Program-made: the position numbers and the translations under genes | Source: Podospora anserina | Lineage: Eukaryota | Assembly: GCA_017654855.1 (NCBI GenBank) | Contig: JAFMPO010000001.1 | Span: 806,001 to 870,000 of the forward strand | Direction of reading: 5' to 3' | DNA length: 64,000 nucleotides | The notes under the pieces: generated by a model | What the model was told of the DNA's origin: nothing | The model's database searches: none | Seen by the model: the letters and a program-made list of their open reading frames with translations, nothing else | In this document: one piece after another, positions 52,029-64,000 of the stretch | Layout: each line of letters starts with the position of its first letter | Position numbering within the stretch: the first letter of the stretch is position 1

Positions 52029-53607
52029 TTTTGTTTCGGCGGAAAGGCCTAAATCACAGTAATTATAGAGTTCGACATGAGTAACACGCCTTTCTTCATA
52101 TATCGTGCTGCGTCGTGTTGGAGGACGTAGGGGGCTTACCGTGTGTTCTCAAGGCTGTGATTCAAAGTTAACAAGGCAGGAGCCAGGGGCCTTACTCTAG
52201 CTTGTAATCTGTCAGCTCCTGTCTCTCCAGGATAGAAAAGTCTCCCGATCCGGGTCGGGCACTCAGGTGTGGCATTGAATATTTCGATTGAATTCTCGTG
52301 GCCTAAATGCGGGCGGAAGTATGGCGTATCGCAAGGGGACCCAACTGCATAATAAACGAATAAATAAATAAATGGCATTGAAGCCACTGAAGAAGAAGAA
52401 TATCGATCCAAATGCGGATCTGTTCCTCTTACACGGCCTCGGAGCTGACGCTATTCCCATTCTCCGTTCCAGAGACACAACCTCGTACCATGAAATTGTA
52501 TCCTCTCACCGCTTCAGCCGCCGGCTTGACTTTATGACGCGATTTGACACCAGTCGCCATATACGTGATAGCATTTAGCACCACTAATTTGAAAGAAGAG
52601 CAATTTCCAACGTAAACACGTCACTGATCAAGAACATGCCGCAGGCTGAGAGCAGCGTATCAAACACAACGCTACTATGGGCTGAGGCGCGTTTGAATTA
52701 TGTCGAAACACTGATAAGGTGCCCAGTCAACAAAATCATGAACCTCGCTCTACGAGATAACTTGTCTCAACTGCTCCTTCGCCAAACCGACACGTGCATG
52801 ATGACGAATCAGAGGGAAGAGAATCAGGGAACCAGTATATATGGGGAGATCTGCCATAAAGATGGTAACGCGGACTATGTAACGAACTTGGAGAAAACAG
52901 TACAGAGCCAAACTGATGAACCTGTGATGACAAGTTCGGGATGAAATGCAGAGAAGCAGAAGTGAGCCCAGCACACTGTAAGTCGAATGTTCATTCTGTC
53001 TTTTGGGGTCTTGGTGATCCTCAGCTTCGTTCCAAGAAATTAACATACCCCGAGTACCTCCTCGGCGATCAAGATTCGACATGGACAAGGGACAGAGGTG
53101 GAACTAGAGAACAAATGCCGGACCCACAGGGTGTTCGCCGATGTGGAAGCTCCACAGGGTGAAGGTCCCCGTTGTTCGGCTGGCAGTTCCAGAAACAGTG
53201 GGCTCCGGGAGCAAGGGTCTCCTGCACAACCGAGTTTCTGTTCGGCGAGTGGTGAAGGGGAAGCTGAGATCCGGGATGTCGAGAAAAACGAAGGGCGGCT
53301 CGTGGCTTGGGGCCAAAAGGGGATGATCGCCGCAACCTCATGCCAGTGGTGGTTAAAACAGGATATCAGGGAAAACATCCAGACCAATCAGTGGGTTACC
53401 GTATACTTGCCAGAGGGAACTGTGGAGTGGTGAAAGCCTGTTGGCCCTTGGGCACAAACTGAAGTAGCAGTACCCATGTTGTAGGTAAAGATATAAATAT
53501 ACATGGGCCGCATGAGCCCGAATCTCAGCATGTACACAGAAAGAACCATATCCGAGAATTCCAAACTTGGGCAACTGTCCCATTACCCTCACTTGACCAA
53601 ACCGACC

Positions 53608-54783
53608 TCAACCAATCAACAACCCCATCAACCCTCCCGCCGCAAACGTCGCCCCGACCGTCAAAAAACTCGACATCGACAGCAGTGAAATCCCCGAGAT
53701 CCCATGCCCAGATGTGCAACCCCCAGCCATCCTCGACCCCAAGATCATCAAGAACCCACCCACCGCCGCGCTCAAGGGACTGACAACCACATCCGTCACC
53801 TCGCCAAACTTGGGGGCACCGTGCGACAGGAAATACGACCCAACAATAACACCGGCAGAGAACAGCATGTTCCTGTACTTCTCCGGCACCAGCTTTCCAC
53901 CAAGCATCCACCCGCCGACTTCCTCATACGAAGTAGACATGCCGACCAGGCAACCCCTGACAACCAAGCTCAGCAGCTGCGCTCCGGCAATCAACATCCC
54001 GCCATAATAAGGAGGGATCTTGGCTTCTGGGCCAACTTCGGTGAATTTGGCTGCGGCAATAACGATGCCGACAAACATGGCCTCCAACCCAAGCAACAAA
54101 GTCCCCTTGCTGACCCCCAGAACCTCGTGGACTGTTGCTTTTGGTGATGGTGATGCCGAGCCAGCCTTTGGTGGTGTTGGACATTGGGTGAGCAGTGGCT
54201 TCAGGAACCCTGACCAAACTACACCGGCAAGGGAGGCACCGGCGAAGGCGTACACTCCTGACTTGACACCTACTCCCAGCTGGGCGAGGACTGTGCCGGG
54301 GCAGGCGCCGGAGAGCATCATTCCTGAGCCGAGGAGGATACCGCCTAGGATGTTGCCGTCGTAGGGGCCGAACAGCCCGAGGCTGGAGGCGGCACGGGGG
54401 ACGAGGTTTGGATGGTTCGGTTGGAGGGCTTGGGCTATTGAGACGGTGGCTCTGAGGGGGTGTTAGCTTGAGATGTGAGGAGAGTGACGAAACCAGGAGT
54501 AGACGTACGCTGAACCGGCAGCCGCGGTGAGGAAGGTTTGGATCATGTGGAAGTTGGTGAAGTTGAGTTGTGAGATGATGACCGAAGGTTGGAATACTCC
54601 TGATGCTGTCAAGGCGGCACCAAAGGCGGCGCCTGTGAGGAGGGTGTTGATTTCTGACATTGCTCCTGTTTGTTCGGTTTGTTGTCCCTGTGAGCGAGAA
54701 GCACTTTCAGTTGTTGGTGTGTTTGATGGCAAAAGTGATGAAGATTCGCCCGGCTGATTGTGATTTGGGAGAGAAGACGACAT
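53608..54783 (-). CDS. YeeE/YedE family (thiosulfate/sulfur-compound) transporter; intron 54452-54508; start at 54783 or 54660
   Basis: Family Cys motifs G..LSGACPGT and GSRMAGGCTSGHGISG; Gly-rich hydrophobic helices. Confidence 0.88.
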
Positions 54784-56056
54784 TGGGATGGAATGATCTT
54801 GAGATGACGAGCTGAAAATATTATACTGTTATGTTATGTCTGTGCCCTGGTCCAGGCGGGTCTGTTCTTTAATATCGGCGGTTCGTTCACTCTGCGGGCT
54901 TCGGGGAACAGTCTTAACAGCGGCGGACGGACGTTCAGAAGGGTGGGATAGTGGGGTATCAACGAACGTCACCTCTTCGGCCACCACACCACCATCCCAA
55001 CCTGCGAAGTTGCTGCAGGGCATAGCTTCAACGCAGGGGGCCAGCCTTGGTGGCGTGGGCATGCCATCCTGCCAGATGATTACGAATCCATCAGCGAATC
55101 GTGGGTAACTGTCAAAGCATCAACATGAGATGTTTGGTCAGTGGAGCACCTTTGCCATGACAGCTTCAACGTTACCGAGCTGACCGACACCTCCCGAGAA
55201 CATGTCTATTTTGGTCAATGCAGGGACAAAATCCCGATCACAACCGTTGCCAACACGTGGGACTTTACCGGCTTCCAGAGCGAGCGAACCAGCAGTGCCT
55301 AGGCGTGACGCACTGAGACAGCTTTTCCGCCGGGGACCAACCAGGGCACCGGGTGCTTCGAGAAGCAAAAGCAAAAGCTGGGATTTCTTTGTGGGAAGAG
55401 GTGGTCGCCGATCGTGCACAGGCCACCCGGGGCGGGAACCGCATATCGGGGTCCAGTGGGTCTCAACCCCGGCAGCCCCCGAGAACCCGGGGCTCGGCAG
55501 TGGGCCCCTAGGTCGTATCTTATCCCCGGAGCTGACAAGCCTATGGCGTTCACATCAGCGAGCTGCATAAGCAATTGTTTCAGAGGCAGTTCAGTATATG
55601 AAATGGCATCCGGGCTTGGGTAGCTGTGAACTTGAGGTCCCCGACCCCAATGTTCCATTGTCATCATCACCGATATTCATGCATTACATCGACGCCGTTT
55701 TATGTCAGCAATTATCCCTGCTGCACTAGGGGATGGCGGCTTTACGCCTTGTGATCTCACGCAGGACCTCAAGAGGATATCACGATGTATTGAAGTTGAT
55801 CCCCGACCATGTACATGCCGGGACACATGCCCTTGCCTGGTCCCCGGCTCAGAGCCCTTCTCATGGAGCGACCAGGTGCTCCCGGATCTCGGTCATCTGG
55901 AGTTCTTCTTGTATGACGGTCGAGAGCTACGTCGGCGATTAATCCTCAGCCTGATAGAATAAACTTGTCACAAATAAAAGCCAGAGGTGACTGCCCACCA
56001 GTTCATCCATTCTATTTCATCCAACCATCGTGCTACAAATTATCCGAGCACTCAAC

Positions 56057-57313
56057 ATGGCATCTCCGATTGTCCACCCCATCTTTGAGCCTGTCACGGG
56101 CACCTGGCAATACATTATTGCTGACCCGTCCACCCTTGCCGCCGCCATCATCGACCCCGTGCTTGATTTTGAACCCGCCCGCAATACCATCTCCACGGCC
56201 ACTGCTGATTCGTTGCTCGATATCGTCGTCCACAACAACTACAAAGTTGGTTATCTTCTCGAGACACATACCCATGCAGACCATCTGTCTGCTTCCCGGT
56301 ACCTCCAGCTCAAGCTCGCGCAATCAACAAACCCGAAAACAGGGATTGGCAAGCGCATCGTCCAGGCCCAAACCACATTTGCCCAGAAATACGGAGTCGA
56401 ACAATCCGAACTCGAAGATGTTTTCGATTTTCTTTGGGAGGATGACCAGACTTTCAGAATCGGTGACTTGGAGGCAAAGGTGGTCCATCTGCCTGGCCAC
56501 ACGCCTGATCATGTTGGATATTTGATTGGCGGTCTGTTTTTTGTCTCTTTCCAGCTCTGTCGGTGATTTTGATGCTGACCGCCTCACCTTAACCACCGCA
56601 GACAACATCTTTTGTGGCGATTCTCTGTTCCTCCCTGACGTTGGCTCAGCCCGTTGCGACTTCCCCGGAGGAGACGCTGTCCAACTGTTAGTGCAACCCT
56701 TTGCTCCTTTTCTCTGTTGTCTTTGCTTCTGCTTCTTCCCTCTCATCAATCCTTTCTCCCGCCCCTTCCCCGTGTCCTTTCACTGCTCCTTTCCTGTTGT
56801 TCCAGTTGTACCTCACTTGCTCCTTCCCTGTTGGTTCCCTGCTCGGTTCCTACCCACCCTTTTGCCCATTTCCCCTTTTGCATTACCACGTTAGCACAGT
56901 ACCACATCACCACATTTGCACATTCCGCTCCTTCAACCATACTCCTTTTCATCTGATCAGTAAAACTAACAACTATTTTCTCTCTATACAGCTACCACTC
57001 AGTCCAAACCCTCTTCTCCCTCCCCCCACATCACAAGATCTACACAGGCCACGATTACCCATCCGGCGACCGCAGCGACCCAGTCCCTTACACGACCGTA
57101 GCCGAGCAACAAGAACGGAACAAACACCTCAAGATTGGCACAACACAACAAGAGTTTGTGAACTGGAGGCAGGAGAGGGACTCGGAGCTTGGGGAGCCGA
57201 GGTTGCTGCACCAGAGTCTGCAGGTTAATATCCGAGGAGGGAGATTGCCGAGGAGTGGGATGTTGGTTTTGCCTTTGAAGGGGGCCAGGGAGGTGGAGGG
57301 TGTGAAGCTTTGA
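56057..57313 (+). CDS. Metallo-beta-lactamase-fold persulfide dioxygenase (ETHE1/PDO/Blh-like); introns 56532-56601, 56687-56991
   Basis: TWQYI, IIDPVLDF, LLETHTHADHLS, PGHTPDH, GDSLFLPDVGSARCDFPGG, YTGHDY, RD..L..PRLL..SLQVNIRGG. Confidence 0.88.
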
Positions 57314-57791
57314 GGATGGGCGTGCCGGGTGGTTGTTTGAATATATGAGATGCGTCGATTGTGGATTGTCATTGGGCTAACCCCCTTTTGTTTGTTTACC
57401 TAGTGCCTATACCCCAAGGGCTATTACGTTGGAAAGAATTGTGACTGATATGAGAATAATCTTATGTACATTTTGAGCTGGACAGCTCCGCCATCAATTC
57501 CGGTTTATGGAGTTTGATTGGGTACACTGCTGCTGCAGTTGGACCCAAAGCTCTATGCTGTTGCAGTGCCAATGCAACAGCAAGACAGACGATGCACAGT
57601 GAACACGCGACGGTGTGGCACAGCTATAGCCGTTGGTTGTTTACTTCAGTACAAGATCTCAAATAACCCATCCCCGCAAGAAACTGGTAAATATGAAACG
57701 ATCGCTCTTGTACATGCCTGGATGGCACTGGGATCTCTGCTCTTTACTGGGCAAGGGGCAGCTTTTTTGAGACTTGCTGGGTCATATTGCA

Positions 57792-59496
57792 ATGGAGTTG
57801 CTCATATCTCTCTTGTCATGGCAATCGATTGCAGTCCCGGCGGTTGCCTACTGCCTCACTCTTGCATTCTACCGCCTCTACTTGGATCCTCTTGCCAAAT
57901 TTCCCGGCCCAAAGCTCGCCGCAATCACTCGCTACTACGAGGCGTATTACGACGTGGTCAAAAAGGGACAGTATACCTTTCGCATCGCCGAGATGCACAG
58001 ACAATATGGTAAGTCGTCGATTATTGAATTCTGCGACCTTGTCAGCTGACGACATACAGGGCCCATCGTCCGGATCAGTCCTTACGAGCTTCACATCAAC
58101 GACCCAGCTTATTTTGAAAAGCTCTACCGCCACGAGGGGCGCTGGAACAAGTACGACTGGTCGGTCGATGCCCAGAATGCCCTTGGTGCCATCATCTTTA
58201 CACCGGACCACCACGAGCACAAGGCCCGTCGGGCACCGCTTAATGCCTATTTTTCCAAATCAAGGGTTGTCCGCCATCAGGACATGATCATCCGTAAGCT
58301 AGAAAAGCTCTGCGGGCGGATTGGCGAGTTTGCAAAAGCTGGAAGAGTGATCGATCTCGGCGCTGCTATAAGTGCTTTCCAGAGGGATGCTTCCACAGAG
58401 TATGTTCTTGGGAAGGACTATAACAGTCTTGACCAACCGGACTTCAGTGTCGGTATGACAAGAATCATGCATGGTGGCGGAAGGATGTGGCACTTGACCA
58501 AGCACATCCGCTGGTACGGGCCTGCTATGCTTTCTATTCCGAAGGAGTTTCTCATCAAGAGCGCTGATCCGGATACGTCAAACTTTATGCGCTATGCGCG
58601 AGTATATACAGCAGTCTACCATTCTTACCCGAGGGACACGGTTGCTGATGTTGCACACAGGACAGCGAAGAGGACACCGCGCAGCTACTCAAAGCGGCCG
58701 CTTCTTACAACCCGGATGATGACACCCCCCGAACCATCGTTCACGAGATCTATGACTCCAATCTTCCCCCCAAGGACAAGACGATCAAGCGTGTCTTTGC
58801 CGACGTCGTCTCAGTGACGGGAGCCGGCTTCGAAACAACAGCCAGCCTCCTCCGGCTGGTTATCTACAACGTCTTTAGCAACACCGACATTCTAACTCGC
58901 CTGCGAGCCGAGCTCACCGAGGTAGCTGCTCGGTCCTCGTCTCCGGATGGATCTATCCCCCTGCAGGTACTTGAACAGCTACCGTATCTAACGGCCGTTT
59001 TGATGGAGGGTATGCGGTTAAGTCCTGCTATTGCCTCCCGCTCTCAGCGTACCGCTCCCGACAGAGATTTGATCTATGACAAGTATCGCATCCCGGCTGG
59101 AACACCTGTGGGCATGACGGTTCTGTTGATGCACATGGACGAAAGGCTGTACCCGGATCCGCATCGGTTTCAGCCGGAGAGGTGGGTAGATCCGGAGGCG
59201 AGGAAGAAGGCTGAGAAGACGTACGCGCCGTTCTCGAGAGGTACGAGGATCTGTCTTGGGATGCAGTAGGTTTCCTCTATTTGTCATTATCTGTTCTGTG
59301 ATCCGACCTGACCGTTTGAGCTAGTCTTGCCTGGGCAGAAATGTATCTGCTTATGGCTGCGATCGTGCAAAAGTTTGAATTTGACTTTGATGGTCTCACA
59401 CCAAAGGACCATTTCAAGGTCGTGAGCGACCAGTTCATCGTCAGCACCAAGGGGAAGGCTGTTTTGGAGACAAGGGTGTCGCTTCGTCAGCGTTGA
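57792..59496 (+). CDS. Cytochrome P450 (trichodiene-oxygenase-like group); introns 58009-58059, 58602-58660, 59266-59324
   Basis: [30 protein letters not shown] (ExxR), [14 protein letters not shown] heme motif. Confidence 0.93.
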
Positions 59497-59654
59497 GACC
59501 GGTCTGAATTGTATCTCTGGAAGTGGGAAGAAATTCATGACGACGGTTGGCACGGTCATAGGAAAAAAGCATCAGGGGTTTCAGGGGAGGGGACCCACTT
59601 TTTCCCCTATCTCTACCCTAACTGAGTACAAATCAAATCAACCCAAGCGAATTC

Positions 59655-60122
59655 TCACTGTGACTTGAGACCATCCCAATGTGCTCTCAATACACGTGTC
59701 TCCCCCACAAGCTGTCCAACTAAGTCGGACATTCGCCTGTCATCACTCAGGCGGATCATGCCCCGAACAACTACAGCCGCAGCCGTAGGGTTTGTCGTGG
59801 CAGCAGACTCTTTTCTGAAGTTTTGGAGGTGAGTTGAGCTCATGTGAGATGTGGCTGAGTGGGCGGTCGGTGCTGTGAGAGGGGTGCTGTTAGTTTGAGG
59901 AAAGGAGGATGGTGATGGGGAGGGGAGAGAAAACATACAACCTGCGGATGGCGTTGCGGTCGATGTAATCAGGGAGGGTAGATTTTGTTGTACGTCATGA
60001 CACGGAGCGGACCACATTCCGCTCTGAGTCGGGCGGCATTGGGGTCTAGAGGGGAAGAAAGGTGTGGCTAGCAGACTGGTAGCCTGCAAACCGAGGAGTA
60101 TAATGAAGGTCAAAGATTGCAT
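59655..60122 (-). CDS. Small putative secreted protein, Ser/Thr/Pro-rich
   Basis: MQSLTFIILLGLQATSLLA signal-like N-terminus; exon structure uncertain. Confidence 0.4.
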   Translation of the reverse strand: MQSLTFIILLGLQATSLLATPFFPSRPQCRPTQSGMWSAPCHDVQQNLPSLITSTATPSAGCMFSLPSPSPSSFPQTNSTPLTAPTAHSATSHMSSTHLQNFRKESAATTNPTAAAVVVRGMIRLSDDRRMSDLVGQLVGETRVLRAHWDGLKSQ

Positions 60123-60929
60123 TCTGGTGAAGGCTTTCACTTGAGACGACGCTAATGTGATCAAGTGTGGACATAAATGGTGAGGCTGAAGGAGCGAGAC
60201 GGTTGACAGCAGCCGGAACAGGGTTACTTTATACTCGAACCCTGCTCCCTCTAAGAGAGATGTTTGTCTTCTCAGATCCAACATGATGATCTCCCACCGC
60301 GACGATGGGAGTTACGGTTGTGACTCGTCGACTCACCCAGTGTCTCTGATCCCCATGTCTTGGAGCCACAGTTGTTGCAAGGTCTGAGTAAGTGTCACCT
60401 TGTACGTCAGGGGTCTCGGACTCCAGTGTAGAGACTACTATTCTTATTCCTTTCTCACGTTGAACTGAATACTCGGGGTTTGCGCCATCTTTCATCATAA
60501 CGTTCATTGTGGTGTAACTAGAGCAACGTGATAGTCAAGCGCTGCTCAAGCCTTGCCTGTTTATATACCTAGCCTATCACATTCATGGAAAGCGCCATTT
60601 CGGCCGGTCGATCGAAGATCATCAAATGGTGACAAGAAGTATCGAGTTTACACACTATGCCTATCAACGCTACCTACCCATCTTGAAATGCTCATCTCAT
60701 CAAAAGTATGGTATAAAAGGAGTGATCCATCTTGCCATGGCCAATGTCCCCCTTGTATCATGTGTGTCCCTATCACATCAAAAAGCAAAACGCCCAGCTC
60801 ATGATCCACTGCAGCCCGCGCATCCAAAGCCCAAAATTACCAAAAAAAAAAAAGTAATATCAACATCAAATGAATCATCACTCATAGCACTTCTCCTTTT
60901 AAACCTACTGCCCCGTCATCCTCGATACC

Positions 60930-63704
60930 TTATATCCTACTTGGGCCAGAACCGCCATTCGGATCCGTCATGTCCTCCTTGCTCTCCGTGAATACGCTCT
61001 TCCTGAGCGGGCTGTTCGCCGCTTGCGCTTGCTGTGCTTGCCATTGCTGCGCCTGTCCTGGCAGTGGCCTCGCACTGAGGTAATCTGGGCTCTCACCCAT
61101 AGGCCCGGCAGTAGGAGGCGACACCACCCCTGGGCTCTCCATCAACCTCTCTGGAAAGCCAGAGTGGCTGAGAATCTGCCCGTGCTGTCCTGCACCTGGT
61201 TGATGACCGGACGTGATCGAGCTGACTGTCGTGTCGCTAATCTGCCGAAGATGGGACCGGTCACGATCACTCAGGTTGGAAATGCCCGACAGAACTTGGT
61301 TGCGGAGGGTACTACTGGTTCCGTTGGTTGGGTGACCGGATGTGGGCGTGGTAACTGGTGGGTTCCCGAGTGCGTCCGAGTCTGGGCGGTAGAAGGAGGT
61401 GCCATAATGTTCTGGAATTGTAGCCGGTTGCTGTGGGGGAGGAGGAGGAGTGGAGCCAAGAGATGAGATGTTGCTTGCGTGGTCGACTTGGTGAGTGTTG
61501 TTTGGGTACGAAGAGCCTTTATTGACCGAGCCACGGCCAACCGCGGGGCTTTCATCGTAGGAAGTGTAGGGGGTGTTCACGCTCGGCGATGCCGGATTGT
61601 TGTAGAGTTCAGCGGGGCCAGAGTTATCCGGAAGCTCTACCGGACGTCGGATTTCGGTGTTCATCATCTCAGAGATAGAGAACGGCGTCGTGGCCCCAAC
61701 ACTATCCACATCCGTGACGCTACCGCCGTAGTACTCAGTTGCACCAGCTGCGAAATGCGGCTTGACATCCTCCGGTTCTTGAGGTGGTGATGCAGGACCT
61801 GGGCCTGGACCTGGACGAGGAATCCAATTCATCACCCGCGTTCTGGTATTCTCAGTTCTAGCCTCACTCTTGGTCTCGGCATCTGGACCCAGGTATTTTC
61901 GGCGTCGCCACAAGAACACTCCGACACCAATCAGCGTGAGGACGACAAGCCCTACAACGACTCCCACCACAGGACCAAGCCAGGATGGGGTTCCGCCACC
62001 TTGCGCTTCTTCGGAGGTTACTGGGGGACCAATCGGATTGGTGTTGTTGACCTGGGCTTCACGCGCATACGGGTAGTAGGCATTGATCTTGGTGTTGTCG
62101 TATCTCGTAGCGAACACACTGGCAAGTGCGGTGCTCACAAAGGAGGGGTTCGGCTTCGTCAACTCGGCGTCGCCTGTGGGGGAACCCCCAATCGTGTCGC
62201 GAATACCCTGAGGGACGGTATAATTGCTCCAGATCGCTGGATCGTAGCGATTTACCCACGTCCCGGAAGACAAATTGTAGATCCGGATCGGCTCCTGAAG
62301 GCACGGAACAGTATTGGTGGCGTCCAGCGGGGGGTGGCCTCCAATCACCATCATCTGATCAGGGTATGGCTTTATACACTTGTGTGCGGCGCGCCCAGGA
62401 CCGGTGCCTTCTGTGAGTTTAGTCCACGTGAAGGAGGGAAGTGACAATACCCAGACGGCATCTGAGTAACCTGACTTCTGCTCGAGCGCAGCGTAACCGC
62501 CATAATAGTAGATGTTGAAGCTTGTACCATCCTGAGCGGGGGCGACTACAGCACACCCTCTGCTGAGGGCTTCTGGGCCATCGCTCGTCTTTTGTCGATA
62601 CCATCTGTCCCCTGCCACATCGTAGATATCGATAGTTGACATGAACTCCCGACTTTTCTCTTTCTGTGCATTTTGTTAGGCATGAATTCAACCAGGAACA
62701 ATATATACTCACATTGTTGTCCGGGTCGCTCGATCTACCGTTTATTTTGATGAAAGACGGGTCTACAACACCCCCCAGTGCGACCAGAATACCTTTGGTG
62801 CCAACAGGAACCCATACCAATTCCGCGCCGGCGCGTCCCGGGACATCCTTGTGCAGTGTCTTGTTCATCCAATCTGGTCTTTGCTCTTTCTCCAAGCTCA
62901 GGGTGATCAATGTGTCAGACACTTGCGAGGGCAGAGTGGTCTCGTTCGTCCCGCCCCTTTCGACATCGTAGATGAGTCCGCCGGTCGGCGAGCGCAACCC
63001 AGAAAAGTACCAGGCGAGGTTCTCAGAGGGGGCGCTAGCCGCTCCGCCATACGCAACAAATCGTGTAACGTTGCCATCGAGGTTATCTTCAACGGGTCCA
63101 GGGGTAAAATCAGGCACCTGTGAAGTAAAGGCCCGGTATCCGCGCACAGCTGTACCCATCGGCTCCGGATACGAAGCTGACCTGAAAGTCATACCGCCAT
63201 AACCAAAGTACTGGTAATCGTTATACAGGAGCCCTCCGCTGGCAAAATTCGGGGCGATATTGTTGACGGCCGCACCCCCCAAGGCGTAGATTGGTACGAA
63301 CAGCGCAGTAACATTGTCTCTGGTTTCGAAAGGCTTGCTGAAGTTCAACGTGTATGTAATCCCTAGTGGATTGTCTATCCATCGTATTAAGATATCGCTC
63401 ACGAAAGTGTCTGATGCGGGCACTCACCATCCTGTCGAGGAATCGCATATTCCCCATTCGAGAGCCCTGGGCGCCACCAACGATTGCCTCCATCCAGAAA
63501 CAGCCTGTCTCGTATGACCGCAACTGTTTTCCGAGTTAACACAGCGACTAGAAAACAACGATCGTGGGGAGAAAAATTACCTCGAGGTTCCCTCCACTGG
63601 CAGAGAGTTACGTTGACGTAGTCAGAAGACCACCTTGGCTGACTGGCGACAACTGACGCAGACACCACCCACACAGCGATTGTTGAAAGCTTCAACGCAA
63701 ACAT
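60930..63704 (-). CDS. Kelch-repeat single-pass membrane protein; introns 63524-63580, 63375-63427, 62664-62712
   Basis: Signal peptide, kelch-like LFLDGG, YFSG, VALGG, IYYYGG, VWVLSLPSFTW, MMVIGG; TM VVGVVVGLVVLTLIGVGVFLWRRRK; disordered cytoplasmic tail. Confidence 0.88.
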
Positions 63705-64000
63705 ATTGGCGAGGTTCTTCCAGGGGAATGGTGAAAGGGGGAAGATATCAGAACTCCTAGCCTGGCCGGTGCATCCAGCGGGAATGAGAAAGGGATATTT
63801 CAGGCACAGACAGTTTTGCTGTAGTACCTCTCGCCTGAGCGCGCTCGCGGAGGGTTCGTTTTGCCCTGTCGAGATAGGTTAGAACGGCGTTGAGTTGGAT
63901 ATGCCTCTCCTCGTCGGTCAAAATACGAGAGCCTTCCAGCAGGACGCTGCGAGTCTGGAGTGCGCTGCAACAGCAAAGACTGAAATCCAGAGCCTCGAGA

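Noticed and set aside
52636-53433. Short ORFs between the 2EXR relic and YeeE
   Set aside because: No motif or consistent splice model; may be a degraded gene but unsupported
57792-59496. P450 as part of a secondary-metabolite cluster
   Set aside because: No PKS, NRPS or terpene synthase backbone gene in the window

Overview
Genomic DNA from a filamentous ascomycete: short GT-AG introns with CTRAC branch sites and RIP-like C>T/G>A decay in repeats. Gene style suggests Sordariales, possibly Podospora (inference, not verified). From left to right it holds DBP4 RNA helicase (-), a SUN-domain nuclear-envelope protein (-), UDP-glucose 4-epimerase with a GC-AG intron (+), a zeta-crystallin quinone reductase (-) and a ~1850-aa ankyrin protein (+). 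A ~7.6-kb decayed accessory island follows (19.1-26.7 kb) with a 260-bp inverted repeat pair, LTR-like fragments, a Gypsy integrase relic, and broken protease-like, kinase-like and SNF2-RING genes. Next come an MCT-type MFS transporter (+), an NCS1 uracil-type permease (-), a small secreted Cys-rich protein hidden by introns (-), a bHLH factor divergent from a SulP sulfate permease, a frameshifted DUF1772-like gene, CTF18 (+) and a 2EXR-like pseudogene. The window ends with a divergent YeeE/YedE sulfur transporter + persulfide dioxygenase pair, a cytochrome P450 (+), a small secreted ORF and a Kelch-repeat membrane protein (-). The best candidate for an under-described system is the YeeE/YedE-PDO pair, which resembles bacterial sulfide/persulfide detoxification loci and lies near the SulP/bHLH pair. 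No tRNA, rRNA or CRISPR array was recognised.
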